Of a stretch of 24,712 nt of DNA, positions 16,967 through 24,628 are shown in pieces. Position 1 is the first letter of the stretch, and the number at the start of each line of letters is the position of its first letter. Source of the stretch: Candidatus Omnitrophota bacterium. Its GTDB lineage: Bacteria; Ratteibacteria; UBA8468; MWAK01. The notes under the pieces were generated by a model. That model saw only the letters and a list, made by a program, of their open reading frames with translations, was not told the DNA's origin and searched no databases. The DNA is taken from the NCBI GenBank assembly GCA_043797665.1, contig JAZDPL010000066.1, forward strand, positions 1 to 24,712, given 5' to 3'. Both the position numbers and the translations under genes were made by a program.

Positions 16967-19399
16967 ATGGCTAATAATGCAAAACGGTTTGAATTGGGTT
17001 CAAAAGAGGTACGGGCAGACTGTCCGGAAACCGCCTGTCCTTATGAAGATACCACCAAAATTCCTCCCCTGGAAGGAATCATCGGTCAGAACCGGGCGAT
17101 ACGTGCCCTCAATTTTGGTTTGGAGATTAAAAATTCCGGTTTCAATATCTACGTCTCCGGAATTCCCGGAACCGGCCGGACCACCTCGGTGGAAACCATC
17201 GTCAGGGACCTGGCGAAGAAACAGCCGGTGCCGGATGACTGGTGTTACGTCTATAATTTTGAAGACCCGGACCGGCCCCGCACCTTACGCCTGCCGCCCG
17301 GTATGGGCAAAACTTTCCAAAAGGATGTTCATACCCTGATTGACGATTTGAAAGTAGAAGTACCCCATGCCTTTGAGAACAAAGAGTATGAGGAACCGCG
17401 CAACCAGATTATGCAGTCCTTCCAGGAGAAACGGCAGAAATTGCTTGCCGGGTTGGAAAAAAAGGCAGAAACCGAGGGTTTCACTTTGAAACAGACCTCA
17501 ACCGGACTGGCTCTCCTTCCGGTTCAGGAAGGAAAAGCGCTCTCGGAATCCGAATACGAAAATTTAGGGCCCACCGAGAAAGAGTTTTTCCGCAAAAAAC
17601 AGGAGAAACTTTACACAGAAGTCTCCGAGATGATGCGTCAGGTCCGGAATCTGGAAAAGGAAGCGAGGGAAAAAGTACGCGACCTGGATAGACGGACCGG
17701 ACTCTTTGTGGTCAAACACCATTTTGACGAGGTGCGTCAGAATTACAGTAACCTCCCGGATGTGCTCAAACACCTGGAACGACTTCAAGAAGAGATGGTG
17801 GAGAACATCCAGGACTTCCTGGAAAAGGAAGAGTCTGAAATCCTGCCGGGTATCAAGATTCCGGGTCAAAAACCGGCATTTACGTCCTACCGGGTGAACC
17901 TTTTGGTTGACAACAGCCAGACCAAAGGTGCCCCGATAGTCAAGGAACTTAACCCTATTTACCAGAACCTGGTCGGCCGGCAGGAACATCGGCCTCAGTT
18001 CGGTTCCTTTGTAACCGACTTTACCATGATTAAAGCCGGCGCCCTCCACCGGGCAAACGGCGGATACCTGCTCCTGCAGACTAACGACCTGTTTACCAAA
18101 TACTTTTCCTGGCCAGTCCTCAAACGGTGTCTGAAAAACGAAATGATTCAGCTTGAAGATTTAGGGGAAGAATTTCATTTCATCAGTACACCAACCAGCC
18201 GGCCCGAACCCATCCCCTTAGCCACCAAGGTAATTATTATCGGCAGCCCATACATATATCATCTCCTCTACGGCTGGGACGAAGACTTCCGAAAACTATT
18301 TAAGGTCAAATCGGACTTTGATTACCGTCTGGACCGGGACAAAGAAGGAATAAAAAAATATGCGGCTTTTGTCAGCCGGCACTGCCAGGACAAAAAACTC
18401 CTGCCTTTCCACCGCTCTGCCATCGCTCAGGTGGTGGAGTACGGCAGCCGTTTAGTGGAAGACCAGACGAAACTATCCAGCCGTTTCCTGGACATCGTGG
18501 ATATTCTGGAAGAAGCCGACCACTGGGCAAAAACCGAACAGAAGAAAATGGTAACCGCAGTGGAGGTAAATCGTGCGGTAGAGGAAAAAGTCTATCGGAG
18601 CAACCGTTTGGAAGAACGGATCCGGGAAATGATTGAAGATAATCAGATCCTTCTGGATACCCGGGGTAAAGTGGCCGGTCAGGTAAACGGACTTGCAGTC
18701 ATCTTCCTGGGTGACTATGCCTTCGGCCGTCCCACCCGGATTACCGTGCGTACCTTCGTGGGTAAAGAAGGTATTCTGGATATCGAACGCGAGACCAAGT
18801 TAGGTGGTCCCATTCATACCAAGGGCGTGCTCATACTGAACGGTTTTCTGGGCCAGCGTTACGCTCATACCGAACCCCTAACCCTATCTGCTTCCATCTG
18901 CTTTGAACAGTCCTACGAAGAGGTGGAGGGGGACAGCGCCTCCAGCGCTGAACTCTACGGTCTACTCTCCAGTCTGTCCGACCTGCCCATCAACCAGGCG
19001 GTTGCGGTTACCGGCTCGGTAAATCAGAAGGGAGAAATCCAGCCCATCGGCGGGGTAAACGAAAAGGTGGAAGGATTCTTTGAGGTCTGTAAAATTAAAG
19101 GCCTGACCGGAGAACAGGGTGTAATTATCCCCCGGTCCAACGTCAAAAATCTGATGCTCAAAGAAGAAGCGGTGAAAGCGATTGCCGATAAAAAGTTCCA
19201 CCTCTGGGCGGTGAGTAACGTGGACGAAGGCATCGAGATTCTGACCGGAGTTCCGGCCGGCGGCCTGAAACCAAACGGGACATACCCTTCCAATACGGTT
19301 AACGGCAAGGTGGCACAACGGCTGGCGAAACTGAACGCCTACTATACCAAAAGCCAGAAACCCAAGCGCCGGCGGAAGAAGAGGCCTAAAACAAAGTAG
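16967..19399 (+). CDS. Lon-like protease (LonC/AAA_32-type, S16 protease domain)
   Basis: IGQNRA, degenerate Walker A GIPGTGRTT, DWCYVYNF, GALHRANGGYL, coiled-coil insertion, GQVNGL, catalytic Ser in EGDSAS and Lys in IGGVNEKVEGF. Confidence 0.92.
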   Translation: MANNAKRFELGSKEVRADCPETACPYEDTTKIPPLEGIIGQNRAIRALNFGLEIKNSGFNIYVSGIPGTGRTTSVETIVRDLAKKQPVPDDWCYVYNFEDPDRPRTLRLPPGMGKTFQKDVHTLIDDLKVEVPHAFENKEYEEPRNQIMQSFQEKRQKLLAGLEKKAETEGFTLKQTSTGLALLPVQEGKALSESEYENLGPTEKEFFRKKQEKLYTEVSEMMRQVRNLEKEAREKVRDLDRRTGLFVVKHHFDEVRQNYSNLPDVLKHLERLQEEMVENIQDFLEKEESEILPGIKIPGQKPAFTSYRVNLLVDNSQTKGAPIVKELNPIYQNLVGRQEHRPQFGSFVTDFTMIKAGALHRANGGYLLLQTNDLFTKYFSWPVLKRCLKNEMIQLEDLGEEFHFISTPTSRPEPIPLATKVIIIGSPYIYHLLYGWDEDFRKLFKVKSDFDYRLDRDKEGIKKYAAFVSRHCQDKKLLPFHRSAIAQVVEYGSRLVEDQTKLSSRFLDIVDILEEADHWAKTEQKKMVTAVEVNRAVEEKVYRSNRLEERIREMIEDNQILLDTRGKVAGQVNGLAVIFLGDYAFGRPTRITVRTFVGKEGILDIERETKLGGPIHTKGVLILNGFLGQRYAHTEPLTLSASICFEQSYEEVEGDSASSAELYGLLSSLSDLPINQAVAVTGSVNQKGEIQPIGGVNEKVEGFFEVCKIKGLTGEQGVIIPRSNVKNLMLKEEAVKAIADKKFHLWAVSNVDEGIEILTGVPAGGLKPNGTYPSNTVNGKVAQRLAKLNAYYTKSQKPKRRRKKRPKTK

Positions 19400-19445
19400 G
19401 GGCTTGATTTATCAAGCCCGCGGGTCGGATAAATCCGACCCCTAC
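19396..19445. repeat. GTAG-tagged REP doublet; supplies the Lon-like gene stop codon
   Basis: GTAGGGGCTTGATTTATCAAGCCC-GC-GGGTCGGATAAATCCGACCCCTAC; TAG at 19397-19399 is the stop. Confidence 0.9.
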
Positions 19446-19459
19446 AATAGGGTTTATTT

Positions 19460-20773
19460 ATGAAAAAGATTGCAGTAATCGGCGCCGGCCACGTGGGCTT
19501 AGTGACTGCGGCCTGTTTTGCCAAAATGAACCACCGGGTTCTGGCGGTTGACCAGGACAAGGGAAAGATAGCAAATCTCCTTTCCGGCAAAGTTCCCTTC
19601 TTTGAACCCGGTCTCCAGGAACTGGTAGACGAAGTGATGGAAAATAGACATCTCTCTTTTTCCACCCGGATTAAAGATGCGGTAAGGTTCGCCGAGGTCA
19701 TTTTCATCTGCGTGGGTACGCCGGTCCTGGATACCGGTGAAGCAGACCTTTCTGCGGTAGAAAAGGTAACCGCAGAGCTCGCTCAGCACCTTACCGGATA
19801 CCGGCTAATAGTGGAAAAGAGCACCGTTCCGGTGATGACCGGAGAGTGGGTCAAACATACCCTGAAGACAATGAAAAAAAATCAGGGTGTCTCTTTTGAT
19901 TTAGCCGCTAACCCGGAATTTTTAAGAGAGGGAACCGCGGTCTATGACTTCTTCCGACCGGACCGCATCATCGTTGGCGTGGAGACGGAACGGGCCCGCA
20001 AAATAATGGGAGAAATTTATACGCCTTTCCAAAAAGATTCACCGGATACCTCCATCCTCTTTACCGATATCAAGAGCGCCGAACTTATTAAACACGCCAG
20101 CAACTCCTTTCTGGCTTTAAAGATATCGTATATTAATGCCGTAAGCCAGGTCTGCGAAAAGGTGGGTGCGGACATCAACCTGGTTTCGGAAGGGATGGGG
20201 CTGGACAGACGTATCGGAAAAGCCCATCTCACTGCCGGCATCGGTTACGGCGGGAGTTGTTTCCCCAAGGATGTGTCTGCTTTCCTGCACCTTTGCCGGA
20301 GCATCGGCTACGACTTTAAAATCTTAAAATCCGCTTCCGAAACGAACCGGGAACAGCAAGACCTGGCTCTGACCAAACTTAAGAAAGGTGTCTGGAACTT
20401 GAAAGGCAAGACCCTGGCGGTCCTTGGTTTAGCCTTCAAGGCGGATACTGACGACGTCCGGGAAAGTCCCTCGCTGCGTCTTATCCGATTACTCCTTAAA
20501 GAAGGAAGTGAAATTAAAGCCTATGACCCCGCAGCCGGACCAAACGCAAAAGCATGCTTGCCGGAAATCACCCTCTGTGCCTCCCCTTATTCCGCCGCAA
20601 AGGGTGCGGATGCTCTTCTTATCCTGACCGATTGGCCCCAGTTTCAAAAACTGAAGTTTGCCCGGCTCAAATCTCTCCTGGCACGGCCGGTAATCTTTGA
20701 CGGCCGGAATTTTCTCCCCCGGGAACGCCTTCTTGCTCTGGGTTTCACCTACCTGGCTCCCGGCCGGCCTTAA
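19460..20773 (+). CDS. ugd: UDP-glucose 6-dehydrogenase (nucleotide-sugar dehydrogenase family)
   Basis: IAVIGAGHVG, FICVGTP, KSTVP, NPEFLREG, AELIKHASNSFLA, catalytic GYGGSCFPKD, LGLAFKADTDDVRES, FDGRN. Confidence 0.93.
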   Translation: MKKIAVIGAGHVGLVTAACFAKMNHRVLAVDQDKGKIANLLSGKVPFFEPGLQELVDEVMENRHLSFSTRIKDAVRFAEVIFICVGTPVLDTGEADLSAVEKVTAELAQHLTGYRLIVEKSTVPVMTGEWVKHTLKTMKKNQGVSFDLAANPEFLREGTAVYDFFRPDRIIVGVETERARKIMGEIYTPFQKDSPDTSILFTDIKSAELIKHASNSFLALKISYINAVSQVCEKVGADINLVSEGMGLDRRIGKAHLTAGIGYGGSCFPKDVSAFLHLCRSIGYDFKILKSASETNREQQDLALTKLKKGVWNLKGKTLAVLGLAFKADTDDVRESPSLRLIRLLLKEGSEIKAYDPAAGPNAKACLPEITLCASPYSAAKGADALLILTDWPQFQKLKFARLKSLLARPVIFDGRNFLPRERLLALGFTYLAPGRP

Positions 20774-20821
20774 ATGTAGCCAGGAGATAGCATATTAGCC
20801 AGAAATAATATTGCAGACTTT

Positions 20822-20879
20822 GTAGGGGTTTGATTTATCAAACCCGACAATTTTCGGGCTCAATAAATTGAGCCCCTAC
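20822..20879. repeat. GTAG-tagged REP doublet (long-spacer type)
   Basis: GTAGGGGTTTGATTTATCAAACCC-gacaattttc-GGGCTCAATAAATTGAGCCCCTAC. Confidence 0.88.
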
Positions 20880-20900
20880 ATTTCAAATGTCAATTATCAT

Positions 20901-23093
20901 ATGGTAGTTCTGGAAGACACCTCCTATACCAATATCCGCGGGTTCAATTATCAGCCAAGTTACGGCAGCAGCGGATTTGAAATCTGGAATTCCTTCAATC
21001 CCGGCGTAATTGAAAACGAGATTGCCTTAGGAAAGAAGTATTTCCCGAGAATCAACACCCTCCGTATCTGGCTCTCCTGGGATGCCTTCTTACGCGACCG
21101 CGAAAAATTTAAATATAATCTGGAAACATTCCTGGAAATAACCAGCCGTTACGAATTAAAGGCTATCCCGGTACTTTTTAACGGCTGGCACAGTTTTCCT
21201 GACTTCGGCGGAATATCCCTGGAACAGATTAAAAACTGGAAAGCGTCGCCGGTCCTTTATCAGAACTACTTTTACTCCTATCTGAAAGCGTCCGTCGGTA
21301 TCCATGCCAAAGACAGCCGGGTATTGCTCTGGGACCTCTGCAATGAACCCTTTTCCATCGCTGCTTCCGGCACAGAGAAGGGACTGGTCTTTGAGTGGCT
21401 TCGTGACCTTTACTACTTCTGCAAAAAGATCCGGGCGGATGCCCCTCTGGGCATCGGTGTGGCGCCTTCCGACGAAGACATTCAGGCAATAGAACCTCTT
21501 TCCGACGTCATAACCCTCCATCCTTACTGGGCAAGGAACGCCTGGGTCAAGGATAAGGATGAGTTTGAAAAATTCCTTGACAAATGCGTAAAATTTGCCA
21601 ATAAAAGCCGTAAGCCGCTCTTGGCGACCGAGACCGGCTGGGGCAACCTGAACGACGAAGAAAGAGTAGAACAGTTGGAATACGAACTCAAGTCACTCCA
21701 GTCACGGAAGATCGGATTCACCGCCCACCTTTTGTGGCATACCCTGGTGGCTGATGGCCACCGGCCGGAATACGGACCGGTTTCGCAAGCCGGTTATATG
21801 GCTTTCATTGAACCGGATGGAACCTTGCGAATGGGGCATGAGTCTTTCAACCGGTTTTGCGGAGAAGGCGGTCTCTTTAAGGGTAAAATAAACTTTTTTG
21901 AAGAACATACCCGCCGGGTGGTGGAAAAATGTAAGGTGGTTACGGAAATAGACGAGAAATCCTACGTCCTCTACGCACCCTCCGGTGATATGAAGTACCA
22001 GGGATTCTGGATACGTGATGCGGTCTATATTGCGGAAAGCGGTTTCGTAAAACCTGAGGAGATGAAAGGCTGGATAGAACTGGTCGCCTCCCGGCAGAAC
22101 GAAGTAGCACGAAAACTGGAAAACGGCCTGTCTGTTCCTGCTAATGCGATACCGGACCACATCAATTTTGACGGAAGTCCGGTTTTCTTCCCCGGTACGT
22201 ATGCCTCAGGCAACAACCAGGGTGACGGCACCTACGGGTTCTTCCCCCCTCACGACGACCAGTACTTTTTCATAGAAATGGTCCATCAGTATTTCCGGCT
22301 GACCGGCGAGGCAAAAATCTTAAAAGAAAAGATGCGGGGCATCCCTTTGTGGGAAAGGTTATGTCTGGCTTTTGAAAGTTACCACATCGACCCGGAAACC
22401 CAACTCTGTTTCAGTGAGCGGGACCGTCACACGGTTGACTGGGGATTCTGTGACACCATAACCAAAAGCGGACTTTTGCTCTTCCCTTCTCTCCTTCGCT
22501 ATCAGTCAGCCCTGATGCTAAAGGAACTGTTGGAAAAAACCGGAGACAGAAACCGGGCGAAACATTACCTGGGAACCGCAAAGACGCTCCAGAAGAACAT
22601 CCGGAAGACCTTCTGGAACGGAAACGGCTGGCTCTTCTCCGCCACGGAAACCGGAAGGGAATACGACGTAATCGGGACTTTGTTTGCCGTCTATCTGAAC
22701 ATTCTGGAAAAGAACGACCTTCAAACCGCCCTTTCCGTTATTTCCCGGGGATACCTGGAAAAACGGAGCGTCGACGAAGACGGTTACGTAAGATGTATAC
22801 CGGAAGGCGAAGGATTTTCGGAGAGTACCGCCTGGGAAAAGGCGTTGTCCGGCTTAGGAGATTATCAAAACGGCGGCTACTGGGCATTTGCTGCCGGCTG
22901 GTACATCCACGCCCTGTCAAAAATCGACCCCAGGCTTGCCCGGGGAATCTTTGATAGCCTTGCCACCCATACCCTTAGTGTACGTCGGGAAGGCGCTCCC
23001 TTTGAATGGAAAAATAACCGGACCGGCCAGCACAGCGGCGGTTTCTACGGTGCTTCCGCCGCTCTCCCATACAAATTTGCTTCCTCTTTGTAG
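20901..23093 (+). CDS. Two-domain glycoside hydrolase fusion: clan GH-A (GH5-like) TIM barrel plus six-hairpin (alpha/alpha)6 glycosidase-like domain
   Basis: N-half: RGFNYQP, NTLRIWL, WDLCNEP (acid/base), ITLHPY, LLATETG (nucleophile). C-half: YQGFWIRDAVY, IPDHI, DWGFCDT, FW, YQNGGYW. The track's TTG start (20868) lies within the REP, so ATG 20901 is preferred. Confidence 0.75.
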   Translation: MVVLEDTSYTNIRGFNYQPSYGSSGFEIWNSFNPGVIENEIALGKKYFPRINTLRIWLSWDAFLRDREKFKYNLETFLEITSRYELKAIPVLFNGWHSFPDFGGISLEQIKNWKASPVLYQNYFYSYLKASVGIHAKDSRVLLWDLCNEPFSIAASGTEKGLVFEWLRDLYYFCKKIRADAPLGIGVAPSDEDIQAIEPLSDVITLHPYWARNAWVKDKDEFEKFLDKCVKFANKSRKPLLATETGWGNLNDEERVEQLEYELKSLQSRKIGFTAHLLWHTLVADGHRPEYGPVSQAGYMAFIEPDGTLRMGHESFNRFCGEGGLFKGKINFFEEHTRRVVEKCKVVTEIDEKSYVLYAPSGDMKYQGFWIRDAVYIAESGFVKPEEMKGWIELVASRQNEVARKLENGLSVPANAIPDHINFDGSPVFFPGTYASGNNQGDGTYGFFPPHDDQYFFIEMVHQYFRLTGEAKILKEKMRGIPLWERLCLAFESYHIDPETQLCFSERDRHTVDWGFCDTITKSGLLLFPSLLRYQSALMLKELLEKTGDRNRAKHYLGTAKTLQKNIRKTFWNGNGWLFSATETGREYDVIGTLFAVYLNILEKNDLQTALSVISRGYLEKRSVDEDGYVRCIPEGEGFSESTAWEKALSGLGDYQNGGYWAFAAGWYIHALSKIDPRLARGIFDSLATHTLSVRREGAPFEWKNNRTGQHSGGFYGASAALPYKFASSL

Positions 23094-23113
23094 TAAACCA
23101 AACATCCCAAAAC

Positions 23114-23142
23114 TTGACTAATTACTGGGTATTTAGTAAACT
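23114..23142 (+). promoter_or_regulatory. Sigma70-like promoter of the ATPase gene
   Basis: TTGACT-N17-TAAACT; a second TATAAT at 23150-23155. Confidence 0.55.
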
Positions 23143-23165
23143 ATAGTCGTATAATAACTTGAATT

Positions 23166-24410
23166 ATGGTAAACTTGAGATATCGGAAGATACTAAATAA
23201 GGTAATTAAATTTCTTGACGACGATGAGACTATCGCTATTCATGGGTCTCGTCAGGTTGGCAAGACTTCCCTTTTACACTACCTGATTGATAACTATCTA
23301 AAGAAAAATACCACTCTATCCAATATATTTTACTTTGATCTGGAGGATTTTGCTCTTCTTGACCTATGTAATCAAGGACCCGACGAGGTTATCAAATATC
23401 TGAAAGGGAAGGGCGCGGATTTCAATGAAAAAGTTTACCTGTTAATCGATGAAATCCAATATATAGAAAACCCTTCTTCTTTTTTGAAACTATGCTACGA
23501 TAGGTATAAAAACAGGATTAAGATGGTGGTAACCGGTTCCTCCAGTTTCCTGGTGAAGAAAAAATTTAAAGATTCTCTGGTAGGAAGAATAATTGATTTC
23601 GAGTTGTTCCCTTTAGATTTTGAAGAGTTTTTAAACTTTAAAGATAAAACCTATAATCTGATGCCGGAATCCGGAACGGTTCACAATGAAATACTTCCCT
23701 GGTATGAAGAGTACGTCCTTTACGGAGGATATCCCGCCATTGTCCTGGAAGAAAACCTGGAGAAGAAAGAGATAAAACTAAAACAAATACTCAACACCTA
23801 TGTTAAAAAAGATATCAGAGACATTGCCTCAATAAGAGATGTCGTAAAGTTTAATAATCTTTTAAGAATATTAGCCAGTCAATCGGCCAATCTTTTAAAC
23901 ATTACCGAACTCTCAAATACCCTTGGGATATCAAAAGAAACGGTTGAAAACTATATCTTCATATTGGAAAGCACTTATATAGTAAAAAGAATTTATCCTT
24001 TCCACCGGAACATTAGAAGTGAACTGACCAAGATGCCGAAAATGTTCTTTGAAGACACCGGCCTGCTCAACATTCTCATTAACAAAACTTTTTCTCAGAC
24101 CATTACCGGACAATTGTTGGAAACGAACGTCTATACTCTTCTCAGAAAGAATCTTGACCCCGAAAATATCAATTTCTGGAGAACAAATAACGGACAGGAG
24201 ATAGATTTCATTCTGAACCTCCCGCGGAATAAAACCGTTCCGGTTGAGGTGAAATCAAATTACTTAAAAAAGCACTTACGTCCCCTCCAGTATTTTCTGG
24301 AACAATATTCTCTGGCCGAGGGATATCTTTGTTACCTCAGAAAAAGCGACGAAATGCCGAAGGAAAAAGTACGGATAATCTTCCCCTGGGAAATATTCCG
24401 TCTGTTTTAA
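23166..24410 (+). CDS. AAA_14 ATPase with DUF4143 / PD-(D/E)XK-like C-terminal domain
   Basis: Walker A HGSRQVGKT, Walker B LLIDEIQ, VTGSS, LVGR, YGGYP, PKMFFEDTG, FWRT...EIDFI...VEVK. Visibly AT-rich. Confidence 0.9.
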   Translation: MVNLRYRKILNKVIKFLDDDETIAIHGSRQVGKTSLLHYLIDNYLKKNTTLSNIFYFDLEDFALLDLCNQGPDEVIKYLKGKGADFNEKVYLLIDEIQYIENPSSFLKLCYDRYKNRIKMVVTGSSSFLVKKKFKDSLVGRIIDFELFPLDFEEFLNFKDKTYNLMPESGTVHNEILPWYEEYVLYGGYPAIVLEENLEKKEIKLKQILNTYVKKDIRDIASIRDVVKFNNLLRILASQSANLLNITELSNTLGISKETVENYIFILESTYIVKRIYPFHRNIRSELTKMPKMFFEDTGLLNILINKTFSQTITGQLLETNVYTLLRKNLDPENINFWRTNNGQEIDFILNLPRNKTVPVEVKSNYLKKHLRPLQYFLEQYSLAEGYLCYLRKSDEMPKEKVRIIFPWEIFRLF

Positions 24411-24438
24411 ACAAATCAGAAATCATTGACATCCCACC

Positions 24439-24560
24439 GAGGTCTCTGAAAAAGTCCCATTTCTGTCATTCTGAGTGTAACGAAGAATCTGGCCGTCGTC
24501 GATAAACGAGACCCTTCACTTCGTTCAGGGTGACAATTTAGGGACTTTTTCAGAGACATC
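24439..24560. mobile_element. MITE-like element (122 bp) with 20-bp TIRs and 5-bp target-site duplication, enclosing a family B REP
   Basis: Left TIR GAGGTCTCTGAAAAAGTCCC (24439-24458) and right TIR GGGACTTTTTCAGAGACATC (24541-24560) match 19/20. Flanking direct repeat CCACC at 24434-24438 and 24561-24565. Confidence 0.75.
24464..24535. repeat. REP-like family B doublet inside the MITE
   Basis: TGTCATTCTGAGTGTAACGAAGAATCT...AGACCCTTCACTTCGTTCAGGGTGACA; left arm nearly identical to 10332-10358. Confidence 0.85.
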
Positions 24561-24572
24561 CCACCATTGACC

Positions 24573-24602
24573 TTGACAGAAACCATAACCCGCGGTTAAT
24601 AT
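24573..24602 (+). promoter_or_regulatory. Sigma70-like promoter of the GntR gene
   Basis: TTGACA-N18-TAATAT; contains the inverted repeat TAACC-CGC-GGTTA. Confidence 0.5.
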
Positions 24603-24628
24603 GTAATAGATAATACAAAATAGACATT

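Noticed and set aside
16845..17339. 164-aa ORF overlapping the Lon-like gene start
   Set aside because: Starts within a family B element and overlaps the real gene out of frame.
20777..20812. Short direct repeat TAGCCAG...ATAT x2 after ugd
   Set aside because: Only 7 bp exact, two copies; compatible with chance or a small local duplication.
8519..24560. CRISPR array or integron attC array interpretation of the repeats
   Set aside because: The repeats are dispersed, of three families and not regularly spaced. There are no cas or intI genes, no consistent RYYYAAC/GTTRRRY ends, and the intervening genes are largely housekeeping.
24602..24617. Imperfect dyad TGTAATAGATAATACA as a GntR autoregulatory operator
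   Set aside because: Plausible position, but several mismatches in AT-rich DNA; not supportable without comparative data.
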